Shown here piece after piece: positions 36,586 to 49,522 of a stretch of 64,000 nucleotides of DNA (position 1 is the stretch's first letter; every line of letters starts with the position of its first letter). Origin of the DNA: Octopus sinensis (lineage: Eukaryota); assembly GCF_006345805.1 (NCBI RefSeq), contig NC_042998.1:868001-932000 (forward strand), in the 5' to 3' direction. Below the pieces are notes generated by a model. The model saw only the letters and a program-made list of their open reading frames with translations, ran no database searches and had not been told where the DNA came from. Made by a program: the position numbers and the translations under genes.

Positions 36586-36613
<28 letters not shown>

Positions 36614-36617
<4 letters not shown>

Positions 36618-36824
36618 GGGGGATGAAAAGTTCCTGGCTTTAAGGGTGTCGCGAAAGGCCTGCTTGGATGCCCAACATTCCAAGTTCTTTTACAGGACTT
36701 AGAAAAATTGAGGGTCCGCTACAATTAGTATGTGAATGTGAGAGGGGAAAATGTTGAATAAAATATCTGATGCACTTGTATTTTCTTGAACCTAGAGTCA
36801 GGAACTTTCCAGTACCTACCTCGT
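36614..36824 (+). mobile_element. Mariner-derived MITE
   Basis: TACGGGGGATGAAAAGTTCCTGGC ... GTCAGGAACTTTCCAGTACCTACCTCGTA. Confidence 0.85.
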
Positions 36825-37182
36825 ACACAAACACACAAGCTGTATGTTGTTCCACTCCTTTATTGTCGGGAACAACAAGGAAAGTACGCTAGTGAGAGAT
36901 GAATATCATTTAATATACGCAGGATTTAAACTCGAGCAATTAGTTTCCTGCTGTGAAAACAAGATGGTCAGAAAAGCTTTGTAGCGTGCCGTGTGTTTCC
37001 AAACAGTCAATTAGAATCAAATACACAACATATGTATAAACATATATGCGTGTGTGTGTGTTTGTAAATAGTCAGGGATTACTCCAAACGTTTGCTGGCT
37101 TGCTCTCAGTTAGGTGTATATATTACGGAGATGTACTTGCATAGCAAGTGACCTGATCTCAGATCGTGTGCTGAAACAAAAA

Positions 37183-37440
37183 CAATTGCAGCGTGGAAGG
37201 TATTTATAAGCCATTTAAAAAACACACAAAAACAGTTAGATTCATTTCAACATTTAAATTTAATCTGCCAAAATATTTTCGTCGCTTTGATCACGTGCTG
37301 CACGGAATTTTATCTGTGATCAGGTCGCGGTCACAAAGCGACGAAAATATTTTGGCAGATTAAATTTAAATGTTGAAGTGAATTTAACGGTTTTTGTGCG
37401 TTTTTTAAATGGCTTATAAACACCTTCCACGCTGCAATTG
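37183..37440. repeat. 107-bp inverted repeat with a 44-nt spacer, PLE pLTR-like
   Basis: Arms 37183-37289 and 37334-37440 are reverse complements with a handful of mismatches. Confidence 0.9.
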
Positions 37441-37459
37441 TGTGTGTGTGCATATATAT

Positions 37460-37532
<73 letters not shown>

Positions 37533-38000
37533 TATGTATATGTAATCCAAAATTTATAAGGAGTGGAATATGTAGAATATAGGCTACATACATTTATTAA
37601 GTAGCTGAAATTCCTTATGTTAGTCTTTCATAACGAACTCTCCTCAGCACAACTAGTCATTAGGCCGAAATCTCCACAACAAAGTTTATGTCGCCCCAAG
37701 AAATAAACAGTCACCGAGCTAACCACTATGTGTGTATATATGTACTTCGTGTGTACAACACACACACACACACATGTACACATGCACATATTCTCGCTTA
37801 TATATGTATGTATTGTTCTGTAGAGCACACTTGGTTTGCTAATGATTCAACAACTGTTCAAAGCTGAAGTATTTTCAAGCCTTTAAGAGGACATGAAATT
37901 CTGAGAGTCAGTCTAACAACCTTGAAAGGTCAGCTATCGGAAATTGGGGAGCAGGTGATACTTAGTCATATCAACATAGATGTCTAAAGACTACCGTGTG

Positions 38001-38062
<62 letters not shown>

Positions 38063-38238
38063 GCCTTTCTTTCTCTCTCTCACTCTCTCTCTCTCTCTCT
38101 TTGTCTCACCCTCTCTCTATCTCTCTATCTTCTGCTAGACATCTCTTTATCTGCGCATCCGTCCGTCTGTTCACCTGCCTGTCTGTCTCTTTGAATACTT
38201 CTCTTCCCCTTCTCTCTGTCCTACTGTCTTTCTCTCTC

Positions 38239-38287
<49 letters not shown>

Positions 38288-39237
38288 TTATATATCCAAG
38301 GGATCTTTTTAAACCCAAAATTTACACGCTGTTATGCATAGCTTTGTCTGTTTCGAGATCCACAGTTCCAAAAAGGAAATTATCTTTTATCTCTTACCTT
38401 TAACTGGTTCCAGTAAAAGGCTAGGGCCATGATGGAGCACCGCCTATTTCACATTCTCCGGAAGGTTATAAATTCTTACGTCAACAATATGTGCGTGTGC
38501 ATGCGCGTGCAAGTATATATGTATGTATATGTGTATGATGGATGTATGTAATTTACGTATGTATAAGTACGCTTGTGATGATATACCGGAAATGTTCAAC
38601 TACTGAATGTCAAGTACTTCAAGCTTTCAACTGAATCCAGCTAAAAAAGCAGAATGCTATTCGAATGCATTCCATTCCGTAGTTAAACGGGCAGGCGACT
38701 AACGAAGTTCCGTCTCTCTTTTATCAAACCAAGAAGTGAACTCAGAAAGAAACTATTTCAAATAAATATTTCCTGTTAATAACACAACACAAGTATAGAA
38801 ACTTAGAAACTTAACACATTATTCTTAAGCACACGCACACACACATACAAACACAAACATTAAGTTCGTACGCAAGTGAGCGGTGCTCAGACACATATAT
38901 GATTTTAAATACTGTTGCAGGTAAGTGCGTCTAGTTGGATATATCCGAGCGGATCAAATGTAGATTTTCATTTGCTTGCTTTGATAAATATACCTGTGTA
39001 TGTATGTGTGTTTATGTACATACATATACACATATACATACATATATATATGTGTGTGTGTGTGTATGTATGTATATATGTATGTATGCATGCATGCATG
39101 TATGTATGTATGTATGTATGTATGTATGTATGTGTGTGTGTGTGTTTGTACGTTCTCATGAGTGTGTGCGTATATGTATGTACAAGTGCACAAACATATA
39201 TCTCAATGGATAAACATCCATACACAAATATGAATAC

Positions 39238-39280
<43 letters not shown>

Positions 39281-39287
<7 letters not shown>

Positions 39288-39570
39288 ACCGACCAGGCTA
39301 TCAGATGTTGCTACGCATCGCTGGTCACAATGCGAAGCGCATTGCTTTAGCGTTCAAATGACGCCACCCCGCTGGCTAAGCGAGCAGGCCAACAGAAGAA
39401 AGATTGGCAGAAAGTTGCAGCGAAAGAGCACAGCAGGGATCGCCACCACCCCCTGCCGGAGCCTCGTGGAGCTTTATGTGCTTTCTCTCAAGAAACCCCC
39501 TGGGAATCGAAACCGCGATCTTACGACCGCGAGTCCACTGCCCTAACTACTGGGCCATTGCGCCTCCACA
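39281..39570 (-). mobile_element. tRNA-SINE head joined directly to repeat X
   Basis: Minus strand TGTGGAGGCGCAATGGCCCAGTAGTTAGGGCAG...GTTTCGATTCC, then X. Confidence 0.8.
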
Positions 39571-39634
39571 CACACACACACACACACATATAGAATGGAG
39601 AATTCACCAAAAAAAACAAAAGACGAAGACAGGT

Positions 39635-40050
<416 letters not shown>

Positions 40051-40295
40051 AAGGAATATATATATATATCTACAGAAAGAGAAAGAGAGAGAGGAGGAGA
40101 GATGCGTGTTCATGCGCACAGATACACAGAGACACAGACTCCCCCCCACACACACACACTCCTGAATGAAACTTCTTTTCACACAAGAAATTTCAAACAT
40201 GTGAGAGAAAATCTATACCAGAAAACTAATTACAAGGAAATTGACTAGAATTTCTTTCATCCCTCTGCAAGAATGTGATATTTGAACAAATAATA

Positions 40296-40302
40296 CTGAA
40301 AG

Positions 40303-40361
<59 letters not shown>

Positions 40362-40390
40362 TAATAATAATAATTATTATTATTATTATA

Positions 40391-40473
<83 letters not shown>
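40296..40473. repeat. (TAA)n immediately followed by (TTA)n
   Basis: Direct inspection. Confidence 0.95.
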
Positions 40474-40479
<6 letters not shown>

Positions 40480-40704
40480 CCGTATGAGCGGGATGGGCTA
40501 CTCGACCTGAAGAAAATTCTAACTAGGCCCCACCCACAAGGTCATGCGCTGTTTATCTTGATATGAGATCACCATGTCACGCACATATGGTTGTGAAGCA
40601 TGTGCCTGGTGTACCCTTATCAGACGGGTAGTCATGATGGGTATACTGGGCTTCGTATATTTAACCCCAGTGTCACTTTGATGGCATGCACTGCTCTCTC
40701 ACTC
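40474..40704 (+). mobile_element. Truncated copy of the TAA-associated non-coding element (see 61480-62034)
   Basis: Reverse complement of ~61480-61710; ends CTCTCACTC-AATAAAAATAAT. Confidence 0.85.
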
Positions 40705-41214
40705 AATAAAAATAATGTGTATGTATGTATTGATGACTATATAATTTTGCTTGTGATCACAAAACATAACGCCAATGATGAATATATATCTTTCAGTTTT
40801 CATCTTTTACTTCTTAGAGCCATTTTGATTGCGGTCGTGCTGGGGCATCTCCTTGAAGGCTTTAGACGAGCAAATCGACCCCAGTGCCAATTTTTAAAAG
40901 TCCAGTTCTTATTTTACTGGTTACCTTTGCCGAACTGCAAAGTTATGACGGCATAAACAAATCAAATACTTGCTCAGTGGACCTCATTCAGAAACCATGT
41001 TTTGGGGAAGAGACACTTCTTATTACACAGACATGCCTACGGATGACACACACACAAACACACAGATTGATTGAGTGATAGATAGATGGAAAATTTTATC
41101 GTCACTAAATGTGCTTGGGGGTGCCAAAGTACCTATATTACTAGAAATAAGAGTTAAATACTCTTAAAGTTGTAAGAAGAGCGCATTAAGAGTCTCTGAC
41201 TCATATTTTTAGCA

Positions 41215-41404
41215 ATATAGATGGTAAGAAGTTTGCTTCCGAACCAAATGGTACTAAGTTCAGTCCCACTGCATGACACTTTGGCCAAGAGTCTTCCACA
41301 ATAGCCTCGAGCCGATCAAAGCCTAGTAAGTGGATTTTGTAGATGGAAACTGAAAGAAACCTGTCACATATATCTATCTATATATATAAATGTGTGCATG
41401 TGTT

Positions 41405-41435
<31 letters not shown>

Positions 41436-41862
41436 GTGTTTATCCCCCGTACCGCTTGAGAGCTGGTGTTTATGCGTCATGCCGAAAAAATTTAAGTACT
41501 GGTGTCGAGTCGTTCGACTAAAATACTTCTAGTGCCCCAGCATGGCCGCAGTCTTGTGACTGAAACATGTAAAAGACAAAGGATATAATGTCGCTGAGTT
41601 TCGCCCATGCGCCAACAATGACTGGCCTTCTTTTCATTTCTTTTTATCTGCCATAGGGAATCTCTTTTACTCTTTTACTTGTTTCAGTCATTTGACTGCG
41701 GCCATGCTGGAGCACCACCTTTAGTCGAGCAAATCGACCCCAGGACTTATTATCTGTAAGCCTAGTACTTATTCTATCGGTCTCTCATGCCGAACTGCTA
41801 AGTTATGAGGACGTAAACACACCAGCAACGGTGGTCAAGCGGTGTTGGGGGGACAAACACAG

Positions 41863-41917
<55 letters not shown>

Positions 41918-42058
41918 CAACGGGCTTCTTTCAGTTTTCGTCTACCAAATCCACTCACAAGGCTATAGTAGAAGACACTTGCCCGAAGTGCCACGCAGTG
42001 GGACTGAACCCGGAAGCATGTGATTGGTAAGCAAGCTACTTACCACACAGCCACTCCT
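41215..42058. mobile_element. Two OR-like SINEs in tail-to-tail inverted orientation (41215-41580 +, 41650-42058 -)
   Basis: Heads, CORE, microsatellite and tails recognisable in both. Confidence 0.88.
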
Positions 42059-42134
42059 ATATAAATAAAACTTTTAATTAGTTTGAAACAGAGTAATATA
42101 CCGATAACTAAATGTCATCAAATACCTACCAAAA

Positions 42135-42310
42135 GGTTGCGAGTTGGCAGAATCAGTAGCTTAGCAGTATTTGTGCCGGCTCTTTAAGTTCTGAGTTCAA
42201 ATCTCACCGATGCCAACCATGCTTTTTATTCCTTCGGGATCGATAAAATAAAGTACCATGGTGTTGATGTAATCGACTTGTCTCTTCCCTTCAATATAGC
42301 TAGTCTTGAA
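42135..42310 (+). mobile_element. OK-like SINE, degenerate
   Basis: GTTGGCAGAATC...GTTCTGAGTTCAAATC...CCTTCGGGATCGATAAAATAAAGTACC. Confidence 0.75.
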
Positions 42311-42814
42311 TCCTGCAACAGACTAGCGTCCCGTTCACTTATATGCCACGGAAAATGGGAAACTAGCATTATGAGTCCGAGGGATCATAAGAAATGATAG
42401 AATAATAATAATAATAATAATAATAGGTTTCGCACCGTGAAAATCTGATAAACCGATATGTAGTTATTCACTACACACACACACACACACATGTACATGT
42501 CACAATATGTGTGTATCATTACATAACAATCGTATACGAAACACTCCTATTCAATCACGCACGCTCACGCACGTATATACACATGACATCGCAGCACACG
42601 TGCAAGTATATCCCATGACATACACACGCAAATACAATCATCACATGACACACACGAACACACAGACATTACATGATGAATACACACATCACATATTAAA
42701 GAACACTACACTTATTACACAAATATACACAGCTATATACAACACATACATCATATCATATGAGACCACAGCATACAGATACAAATAACACACGCATACA
42801 CAAGCATCATATTA

Positions 42815-42859
<45 letters not shown>

Positions 42860-43869
42860 CACTCACACATATATGCAACACACATACATACACATAGAAT
42901 TAAGTTAATACTTAAAAGGTTCTGGAGACAGTAAGAATAACAACAGCACTACTAGTTTAATTTTAATTAGAGAAAAAAGGGAGAAGGGATATCCCCGTGA
43001 CTTTTTCCGGTCCCTCCCACATGGGTGAAATCGATGTGGTTGATGTTCAGTTCACTGGGCTGGATTCTCTATAGTGTCAGTAGCACAGCGGCACCATGTG
43101 GAAGACAAGTAATAAACATGCAACTTCACCACATGCAACTAAGACCCGCTATGTCAACGAAACGAACCAGTGAGAGGGCCAGTGTGTGGTCGTTCGAACT
43201 GCTAGAAATAGCAACTAAATTTTCATAAAATCACGTCTTATCATTTTACAAAGAGAAGGATATATAGGGCGATGTTGTCATAGATACACAAAAGACGGAG
43301 CAGTCAAAGCTGGAAGACCCTTTGCTCATAGATATGCTTTATCATAATTCACCTGGCGTTCGACCACACCGACCGAAGTAACAATAACTGTTATTGAGGA
43401 CAGTGCTAGTCCCCGTAAAGGTTTTCCAGAGAAGAATGCTGTGTAAAGTGCACTTCAGTAGATGGATGAAACGACAGCTATGGAAACTACAGAATATTTA
43501 CATCAAATTTTACCAAACAACTCAGAAGCAGTTACGCTCTTTACTCTTCACTCTTTTACTTGTTTCAGTCATTTGACTGTGGCCATGCTGGAGCACCGCC
43601 TTTAGTCAAGACCGGTTTTATGCAAGGCAATTTTCCAACAGACTGGGGGATCATGCGTATAACAAAATATTATAAAGTGCATAATATATAATTTTATTAT
43701 TACATATATATTTCGTCTGAGGCCGACTTTAGCTTTCATCCTTTCGGGATCGATAAACTAAGTACCAGTGAAGTCCTGGGGTCGATATGATCGACTGACC
43801 CCTGCCCATAAAATCAAGGCCTTGTGCCTATAGTAGAAAGGATTATTATATATATGATAGTTATACATG

Positions 43870-44210
43870 TCGCAGATAATGCATGGCCTAGCTCTCTGTC
43901 GGTTACGACAACGAATGTTCAAGTCGATTTGATTAACGGAACAGTCTGCTCGTGAAATGAACATGAAAGTGGTTGAGCACTCCACAGACACGCGTACCCT
44001 TTACGTGGTTCTCAAGGCGATTCAGAGTGACACACCGAATGTGAGAAGGCTGACCCATTGAACCACAGATAGAACTCATTTTTGCTAACTGAGTGGACTG
44101 CAGCAACGTGAAATAAAGAGTTTTGCTGAAGGTCACAAGGCGCCACCGGGAATCGAACTTAGGACTTTATGATCGTTAGCTGAATACCCTAACCACTAAG
44201 TGGCGCACTT
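43870..44210 (-). mobile_element. tRNA SINE of the family also at 53375-54310
   Basis: Minus strand AAGTTCGATTCCCGG B box, TTCACGTTGCTGCAGTCCACTCAG motif. Confidence 0.8.
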
Positions 44211-44866
44211 TCACATAATAATAATACATATATAATGCAAAAACAACCCGCAGCGAAAGTCAATACAATATTGTAAAAAATAAAAATTTAGAAATTTATA
44301 TTCTTTCTGTGCATCTCGGTGGCAAATGATTCACAGCCCGGTACTGCTCTTCGGGCCCAGTGGTTGGGAACCCCTGATTTACAGTACAAAACGGTTTAAA
44401 TACCTGGAAACGAATAAATGCATGGTAGCAAATATTTTTAATCACATCTTGTAATTCTTTCAAAGATTGCCAACAGTTTGCTCTTCAGACGAAAAGAAAA
44501 AGCAAAAAACAAAGTATATTGCTGAGAATCTATTTTAAAAGTGTTTTGGAAAACTATATATCTAAATATCATAGCAAAGAAGAAAAACTATTTTTTAGAA
44601 ATCACTTGCCAAGAAAGCAGGGTTTTCCACTTAAATTCAGTACTTACGACTATTTTTACATCAGTGCAGTCTGTTTGATTAGCAGTCGGAGTTTGCAGCA
44701 GACGGAATTTTCAGCCGATTCAGTCAGCAGCAGCTGGAATCTAGAGCAGTTGGTTTGATATATTTTTATTTAGATATTTACTTGTCTCAGTGTCTCACTT
44801 GTACCAAAGAGAGGAAATTCTCAAGTGGGTTAGCTCAAAAAATGCTATGATTGTCGACTCCATTGC

Positions 44867-44900
<34 letters not shown>

Positions 44901-44914
44901 GGTCTCTCGCTCTT

Positions 44915-44946
<32 letters not shown>

Positions 44947-46027
44947 GCGCATCACTTACACGAGCTTTTTGTCCCGAAGTTCTACAGGACAAAAACTGAG
45001 AGTTAACAAGTCCACTAACTCCTCACACAGACTATACTAAGTGCTTCAGGATTTCGAAGGAGACTTGCTCAAGGATCCCTACAGGGGCCGTAGTTTGGTA
45101 GCGTCATTACATCATCGCTAGAATGCTGTCTGTCGCTAAGTACTTTTATATTTTGTTACTCCTTTATATTCTGATTACAAATCCTGCCATGATTGCATTG
45201 TTTGACTTTACTCATCCTTCTTTTCTAGACAATATGTCGCTTAAGAGAAAATATTTAATACTTGTTGACTTATAGAATACTTATTTTCTCTCACGAGTGG
45301 TGGATTGGCAAACACGTTAGAGTGCCGATCAAAAGGTCTTGCAGTATTTGTTCCGTGTCTTTACGATCTGGTCTCCAATCCTACTGAGATCAGGTTCTGT
45401 AGATGAAGTGGTCAACTCGTTCTCCTCAAAATTGCTGGCCTTGTACCAAAATCGGAAACCATTATCAGCAGGCCCTACAGTCAATGGGGGAGCTCACACG
45501 GTGTAATTAACATTCAAGAAATAGCAGCTAGATCAAGCTCAACCCACAGTTTACTGTCTTAAAAAAACGAAAGATGCATTAGGCAATGAAGCCCTTGATG
45601 TAAAAAAAAGGGACAAAAAACAAACACCCCACCATAAAAAAAAACAACCCCAAAACAGGTTACTCCCAGACTACTGATGTTAGTTTAGGCCTACCCAGTC
45701 TGGGGTAACCCGGGACAAAACGACAGCAACAGCAACAACAACAACAGCTAATGTAGCAGCAGCAAAAACAAAAACAACAACATTAGTTGACTGAATGGAT
45801 AATACCGCCTCCCTCTTACAGAAATACCATCACCACTAAAAATAAATACTATTAAATTTATGGTAGTTATTACTGGTATTATTGTGATAGTTATGCTGTC
45901 TCATTCAGCGTCATAGTTATATTTGATATCATTAACATCATGAGTATCATGTGTGATGCATGTGTATCCATACCTGCATATTTGTGCAGCGTTCCACGAC
46001 CATATGTACTTACAAGTACGGATAGAG

Positions 46028-46135
46028 TTCTTCTTCTTCTTCTTCTTCTTCTTCTTCTTCTTCTTCTTCTTCTTCTTCTTCTTCTTCTTCTTCTTCTTCT
46101 TCTTCTTCTCCTACTTCTTCTTCTTCCATTTCTTC
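46028..46135. repeat. (TTC)n microsatellite
   Basis: Direct inspection. Confidence 0.95.
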
Positions 46136-46325
46136 TTCTACATGTACTTGTAATTAGATTTTTGTTGAAGATTTTCTTTCACGTGTTCGAAATTCCTTGT
46201 GTGGGACGATAATTGCTCCGAAAGAACAAACAAACACACTCATTTTGGCGCGCGTACACACAAACAGTTACGTACATACGTACGCCTATGTGTGTGTTAT
46301 GTATATATGAGAATATATGTATAGG

Positions 46326-46391
<66 letters not shown>

Positions 46392-46437
46392 ATGTGTATG
46401 TTTGTGTGTGTTTTTACGTATATGTATGTATGTATGT

Positions 46438-46486
<49 letters not shown>

Positions 46487-46574
46487 GTTAATCCAAACAA
46501 GAAATCACAAAAAACACAACAACGCGAGGACGTGAAACAAATATAGTATTATTGGATGCTCAGGAAAGAAGGAG

Positions 46575-46611
46575 TGTTTAACGTTTCGAGCGGAGCTCTT
46601 CGTCAGAAACA
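46575..46611 (-). ncRNA. Minimal type I hammerhead with an extra A after A9
   Basis: TGTTT-CTGACGA-A-GAGC(TCC)GCTC-GAAA-CG-TT^AAACA, inside a ~180-bp repeat (46500-46682) between (TA)n tracts. Confidence 0.7.
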
Positions 46612-46679
46612 TAGGAAAAGGAAAGATCCAAAGAAGGGAAGACGGAGGAAAAAATCGCCAACGGTACACACGCGGTCAC

Positions 46680-46759
<80 letters not shown>

Positions 46760-46761
<2 letters not shown>

Positions 46762-46925
46762 AGAATTCACGAAAAAGCAAAAGAATGAGACAGGTGGTGT
46801 AGAAAACAAACAGATGTATTAGTATAACGCTCGGGAATTGAAAACGTTTTTTACGTTTCGAGCCTACGCTCTTCCACAGAAAGGAACACAGAAAGAAACA
46901 ACGAGAGAAAAAAATGTGTGTAGTG
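46760..46925 (-). repeat. Hammerhead-like repeat family H
   Basis: TTT-CTGTGGA-A-GAGC(GTAG)GCTC-GAAA-CG-TA-AAA. Confidence 0.7.
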
Positions 46926-47230
46926 GCAACATATATATATGTGTGTGTATGTATGTGTGTGGTAAATGAAGGATGGAAGATACGAGTATTTTTATTAATC
47001 ACGGTCTACCATCGACCCCTCATGGGTGGGATACTTAACAACTGGTTCAGGAGCATCCGGCGGTATAGATGTATCTTTTCGGATGATAGAGAGATATAAC
47101 TCGTTAAAATAACAATTCCGCAATGTATCTTCTCATTTCGTGTAAAGAAAAACAGCAAAATAAATGATATAGCTTCATTTATGTAGAATATCAATAATGA
47201 AATAAAGATATATATATATATGTATATATA

Positions 47231-47348
<118 letters not shown>

Positions 47349-48199
47349 ATTGCTGGATGTGACTTGATTTAAAACCGTCTGTTGAAATTGAAACAATTAC
47401 GTCGTTATAAAGCCATGATAACCTTGTGACAACATGGCACATGTATTCCGATTTCTTGCGTACAATTCAAAAAAATCCAGCCGATGTCAACTTTAGCGTT
47501 AATCCTTCGAAGTTTGATATGTAAAGTACCAGTCTTGGGCGCATCGGATTAGTGGAATCATTAGAGTTTGGAGCGTAATAGCTTGGCTTATTTGTTCTGG
47601 TTGTTTGCATTCTGAGCTCAAAATCCCACTGAGGAGCGCTTGGCCGGTTGACTTAATCCGTCACCCGATTTAAAACTACTTCCTGGTCCTTGTGTCTATT
47701 AAGCGGAATCTTTACTGCTACAAGCATTCAAGTTAAGTCTCCTACTTTTAGTTAACCATCCTCTTTTGACCTCACTTGTCTCGGGTGCTACTTAAAATGT
47801 TATGTATATTGCTTTTACTGTTGAGTAAGCGATCGAAAATAGCCACGAGTACTTTCAATCTTCCTTGGATTAAAAAAGAAAGATGTTATCGCTATTAACA
47901 ACGATGGGGTTATATAACTTTGACTGGTGCTGTACTTGCCATGACATATTTAACTCTTCTTATGATACATAAGAATTTTTCCATTGCTTATTTGATATCG
48001 TATTTACATAGCACTACAGCAGCTGGAACTAGGCAGAACTTTCCTAGAAAGTCTCTCAAATATACATACACATCTTTTCTTTTTTAATTGCATGAACTAA
48101 AAGTCGGAGTGGGCGGAAAAACTATCTGCATCAACTTGCTAAAAATACAGGTAGTAATTTTACCTTGTCCTTATTCTTAGTGCAAGTTTTAAAGAGTGC

Positions 48200-49347
48200 A
48201 GTTCGATTTTAACAGTTATTTTTTCAAAGCTATAATGGAAGTGACAATGGAGCATATTCGGCATATTTTGCTTTATGAGTTCAATAAAGGCAACAATGCA
48301 ATGGAAAAGTGCGAGGAATATTGATGAAGTATATGGGGATCGGACTATAAGAATAAGCCGGGGCCAACGGCGGTTCCAGAAATTCCGAGCCGCAAACTAC
48401 AGCCTAAAAGACGATCCACGTCCTGGAAAATGTGCAGAGCTCGACGAGGACGTCCTAGAAAACTTGGTGGAACAAAATCTCATCGTAACTGTTGAGGAAC
48501 TAGCAGAGTAGCTTGGATTTGATCATTCAACCATTCATTGACACCTGTGTGCCATCGAAAGAGTCAGCAACTTGGATCAATGGGTTCTTCACGAACTTTC
48601 CGAGTCTAATCGCGCACAGAGGGAATACTTGCTCTTCTTTGCTGTCACCTCTCACAAATGAACATTTATTGGACTGAATAGTGACTTGTGTCGAGAAATT
48701 GGTTCTCTATAAAAAATCTCAAGCGCTGAAGACAGTGGGTAAAGAAAGAAGAAATACCGGCACCTCAGGTTGAAGAAGGTCTTCATCCACATAAGGTGTT
48801 GTTATTTGTTTGGATTTTCTTTTGATGGGATATGAAAGGTTTAGTCCACTTTGAGCTTTTAAACTCAAACCAAACGATAACAAAGGGATCTACAGCAAGC
48901 AGCTTGAGGGCTTAAGTCAGCGCTAGAAGAAAAGCGACCATCTTTGGTTTCAAGACGAAAGGTGTTCTTCCATCAGGATAATGCTCGCCCACATATAGCG
49001 AGGATGATATTCCAAAGGCTGGAGCAGATTGAATGGAAAACTATGCCCCTCTTACCATATTCGCTGGACATTACCCCAATCCGATTATCATTTATTCCGC
49101 AGTCTTCAAAATGATTTGGACGAAAAAAATATGAATTCTGTAAACGAGGTTAGAATAGTAATGGAGGAATATTTTTCGTCACGGACGAGTGAATCTTGGA
49201 AGAGCGGCCTTGCAAATCAGCCAGATGGAGGGACGAGCATTGTAGAAAATGAAGGAGAATACATACTAGATTAAAAGCTTTGTTTATATCTTAAATTTGA
49301 AAAATAAAAGAACTATAAAAAACAGCATTATTTATGGAATGACTCAA
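48200..49347 (+). mobile_element. Near full-length decayed mariner (Hsmar1/cecropia-mauritiana-like); transposase 48235-49274 with stops and frameshifts
   Basis: HIRHILLYEFNKG, DDPRPG, HQDNARPH, SDYHLFRSLQN, VENEGEYILD*; right end ...ATGGAATGACTCAA-TA; left TIR not found. Confidence 0.92.
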
Positions 49348-49522
49348 TATGTGTGTGTGTGTGTGGTGTGTGTGTGTGTGCGTGATACCCTTACGGATAA
49401 ACGAATACACTGCAACAATATAATCGAAAAGACGGCCGTAAGCACACGGAACCTAACAACAATCCAACGCGCTAACTCGAGCTGTGAACTATCAACGCAC
49501 GAACGGTGGAACTAGCTCAAAC

